Source: an uncultured Candidatus Rokubacteria bacterium
GTDB lineage: Bacteria; Methylomirabilota; Methylomirabilia; Rokubacteriales; CSP1-6
DNA length: 64,000 bases
Assembly (NCBI GenBank): GCA_963789955.1
Contig: CAWBMV010000022.1
Location: forward strand, 416,001-480,000
Direction: 5' to 3'
Part shown: positions 62,136 through 64,000 of the stretch, one piece after another
Numbering within the stretch: position 1 is the stretch's first letter
Layout of the letters: the number at the start of each line of letters is the position of its first letter
Notes under the pieces: model-generated
What the model saw: the letters and a program-made list of their open reading frames with translations, nothing else
The model's database searches: none
Told to the model about the DNA's origin: nothing
Made by a program: the position numbers and the translations under genes

Positions 62136-63155
62136 ATGAAGAAGCTCGTTTCGGTCCTTATTCCCGCGTACAACGCCGCAGAGTTCATCGCCGACACTAT
62201 CAAGTCGGTGCTGGCGCAGACGTGGCCACGAACAGAGATTATCGTCGTCAACGACGGCTCCCAGGACGACACGTTGGCAATAGCGCGTCAGTTCGAGTCG
62301 AAACAAGTGCTCGTGGTGACCAAAGACAACGAAGGCGCGGCGGCGACTCGTAACAAGGCATTTTCCCTCTGTCAGGGCGACTACATCCAGTGGCTCGACG
62401 CCGACGATCTTCTGTCGCCGAACAAAATTTCTCGACAGATGGCCCTCGTGGAAAGCGGTGACGGGAGCCGCAGTCTATTGTCGTCCGGCTGGGCGTCCTT
62501 TATGTATCGTCCGCAGCGCGCGCGGTTCACGCCAACGGCTCTCTGGTGCGACCTATCACCGACCGAATGGCTGGTTCGGAAAATGAGCCAGAACTTGTAC
62601 ATGCAGACCGCTACCTGGCTGGTGAGTCGCGAGATGAGTGAGGCGGCCGGTCCCTGGAACCCCCGGCTGCTCGGCGATGACGATGGCGAGTATTTTTGCC
62701 GAGTGCTTCTCGCGAGTGAGGGCGTCCGGTTCGTCTCCGATGCCAAGGTCTTCTACCGTGTCTCGGGATACAGTCGCCTGAGCTATATCGGCCGATCGGA
62801 CCGCAAGATGGCCGCTCATTTTGATTCGATGCGGCTTCACATCGGCTATCTCTTGTCATTAGAAGATAGTGCTCGCACGCGGGCGGCGTGCGTGAAATAT
62901 TTGCAGAACTGGTTGCTGACTTTCTATCCGGAGCGGATGGACATCGTCAGAGAGGCTGAAAGTCTGGCGGCCGAGCTCGGCGGTAAATTGGTCGCCCCGC
63001 GTTTGTCCTGGAAGTATGAATGGCTTCGACGTCTATGCGGCTGGCAATGCGGAAAACTCGCGATGGTGTATCTGCCGCGGACAAGATGGTCGCTGACGAG
63101 GCGATGCGACTACCTGCTTTCCCTGCCGCATCGCAGAACATCAGAGAATCGATAG
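62136..63155 (+). CDS. GT2 glycosyltransferase
   Basis: VSVLIPAYNA, VNDGSQD, GAAATRN, WLDADD. Confidence 0.9.
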   Translation: MKKLVSVLIPAYNAAEFIADTIKSVLAQTWPRTEIIVVNDGSQDDTLAIARQFESKQVLVVTKDNEGAAATRNKAFSLCQGDYIQWLDADDLLSPNKISRQMALVESGDGSRSLLSSGWASFMYRPQRARFTPTALWCDLSPTEWLVRKMSQNLYMQTATWLVSREMSEAAGPWNPRLLGDDDGEYFCRVLLASEGVRFVSDAKVFYRVSGYSRLSYIGRSDRKMAAHFDSMRLHIGYLLSLEDSARTRAACVKYLQNWLLTFYPERMDIVREAESLAAELGGKLVAPRLSWKYEWLRRLCGWQCGKLAMVYLPRTRWSLTRRCDYLLSLPHRRTSENR

Positions 63156-63187
63156 GTTCCTCTCACAACATAGTCGACTCACCCCGA

Positions 63188-64000
63188 ATGGATTCCGACC
63201 GGACACGTTCAGGCACAGAGGCTTCGGCTCAAGGAGCCGGGGAGATCATCGGCCTCAGCGACCTGGTCCTCGTCACTGGAGCGACGGGATTCCTCGGAAC
63301 CCGCGTTGTCACGAGTCTTCTGGGTCGCGGCTTCCGCAACATTCGTTGCTTCACTCGACGGTCCAGTGGCCTCGACGCCTTCGACGTCATGGTCGGCGGA
63401 CACCATACGGCCGGCGTTGACCTGATTCGGGGAAATCTTCTATCGCGTGACGATTGCATCAAGGCGACAAAGGATGTGGCGGTGATCTATCACCTGGCGG
63501 CGGGGACCGGGGAGAAATCCTTCCCCGACGCCTTCATGAACTCGGTGCTCACGACGCGCAATCTTCTCGACGCCACGCTGGGGCACGGATGCCTCAGGCG
63601 ATTCGTCAACGTCAGCTCCTTCGCGGTCTACACGAACCGGAACAAGCCCCACCGGCGTCTCCTGGACGAGTCGTGTCCGATCGAGGCGCACCCCGAGCGC
63701 CGGGGCGAGGCGTATTGCTACGCGAAGGTTAAACAGGATGAGCTCGTCGTCGGGTACGGGACGAAGCACGGGATCCCTTACGTTCTCGTTCGGCCCGGGA
63801 GCGTGTATGGTCCTGGTCAGGCGGGGATCACGGGCCGGGTCGGCTCCGGGGCGTTCGGGATCTTCCTGCACCTGGGAGGGACGAACGTCATACCCTTCAC
63901 GTACGTGGACAATTGCGCCGACGCAATCGTCCTGGCTGGCATCAGGAAGGGTGTCGACGGAGAGGTCCTGAATGTGGTCGACGACGACCTCCCCACGAGT
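63188..64000 (+). CDS. NAD-dependent epimerase/dehydratase, partial (runs off the right edge; absent from the ORF track)
   Basis: Manual translation: LVTGATGFLG, IYHLAA, VSSFAVY, YCYAK, VRPGSVYGPG, TYVDNCADAI. Confidence 0.88.
   Translation, partial: MDSDRTRSGTEASAQGAGEIIGLSDLVLVTGATGFLGTRVVTSLLGRGFRNIRCFTRRSSGLDAFDVMVGGHHTAGVDLIRGNLLSRDDCIKATKDVAVIYHLAAGTGEKSFPDAFMNSVLTTRNLLDATLGHGCLRRFVNVSSFAVYTNRNKPHRRLLDESCPIEAHPERRGEAYCYAKVKQDELVVGYGTKHGIPYVLVRPGSVYGPGQAGITGRVGSGAFGIFLHLGGTNVIPFTYVDNCADAIVLAGIRKGVDGEVLNVVDDDLPTS

Overview
High-GC bacterial chromosome segment in two halves. The gene repertoire (paralogous amidohydrolases, MetE-like C-terminal-domain proteins, class 5 solute-binding proteins, LLM and PPOX oxidoreductases) suggests, by inference only, Candidatus Rokubacteria or a similar soil lineage. 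Positions 1-30.1 kb are very GC-rich catabolic and scavenging genes: a peptide ABC transporter, S9 and M20 peptidases, three amidohydrolases, two MetE-like proteins each paired with an oxidoreductase, a Rieske oxygenase alpha/beta pair, arylsulfatase, HAD phosphatase, thermonuclease and a plant-type class IV aminotransferase. Positions 30.3-64 kb are a visibly lower-GC, mosaic cell-surface glycan locus: an ABC exporter, nine full-length GT2/GT4 glycosyltransferases, Wzx, WecB, five SAM methyltransferases and several gene remnants. It surrounds a PEP-CTERM module (choice-of-anchor-L-like PEP-CTERM protein, PrsT-like TPR lipoprotein, FemAB-like GNAT, PrsK-like kinase). About a dozen otherwise intact genes carry single-base frameshifts, most likely long-read errors, so I joined them. 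I recognised no rRNA, tRNA, CRISPR array, transposase or integrase. All family calls are from motif recognition by eye, not database searches.
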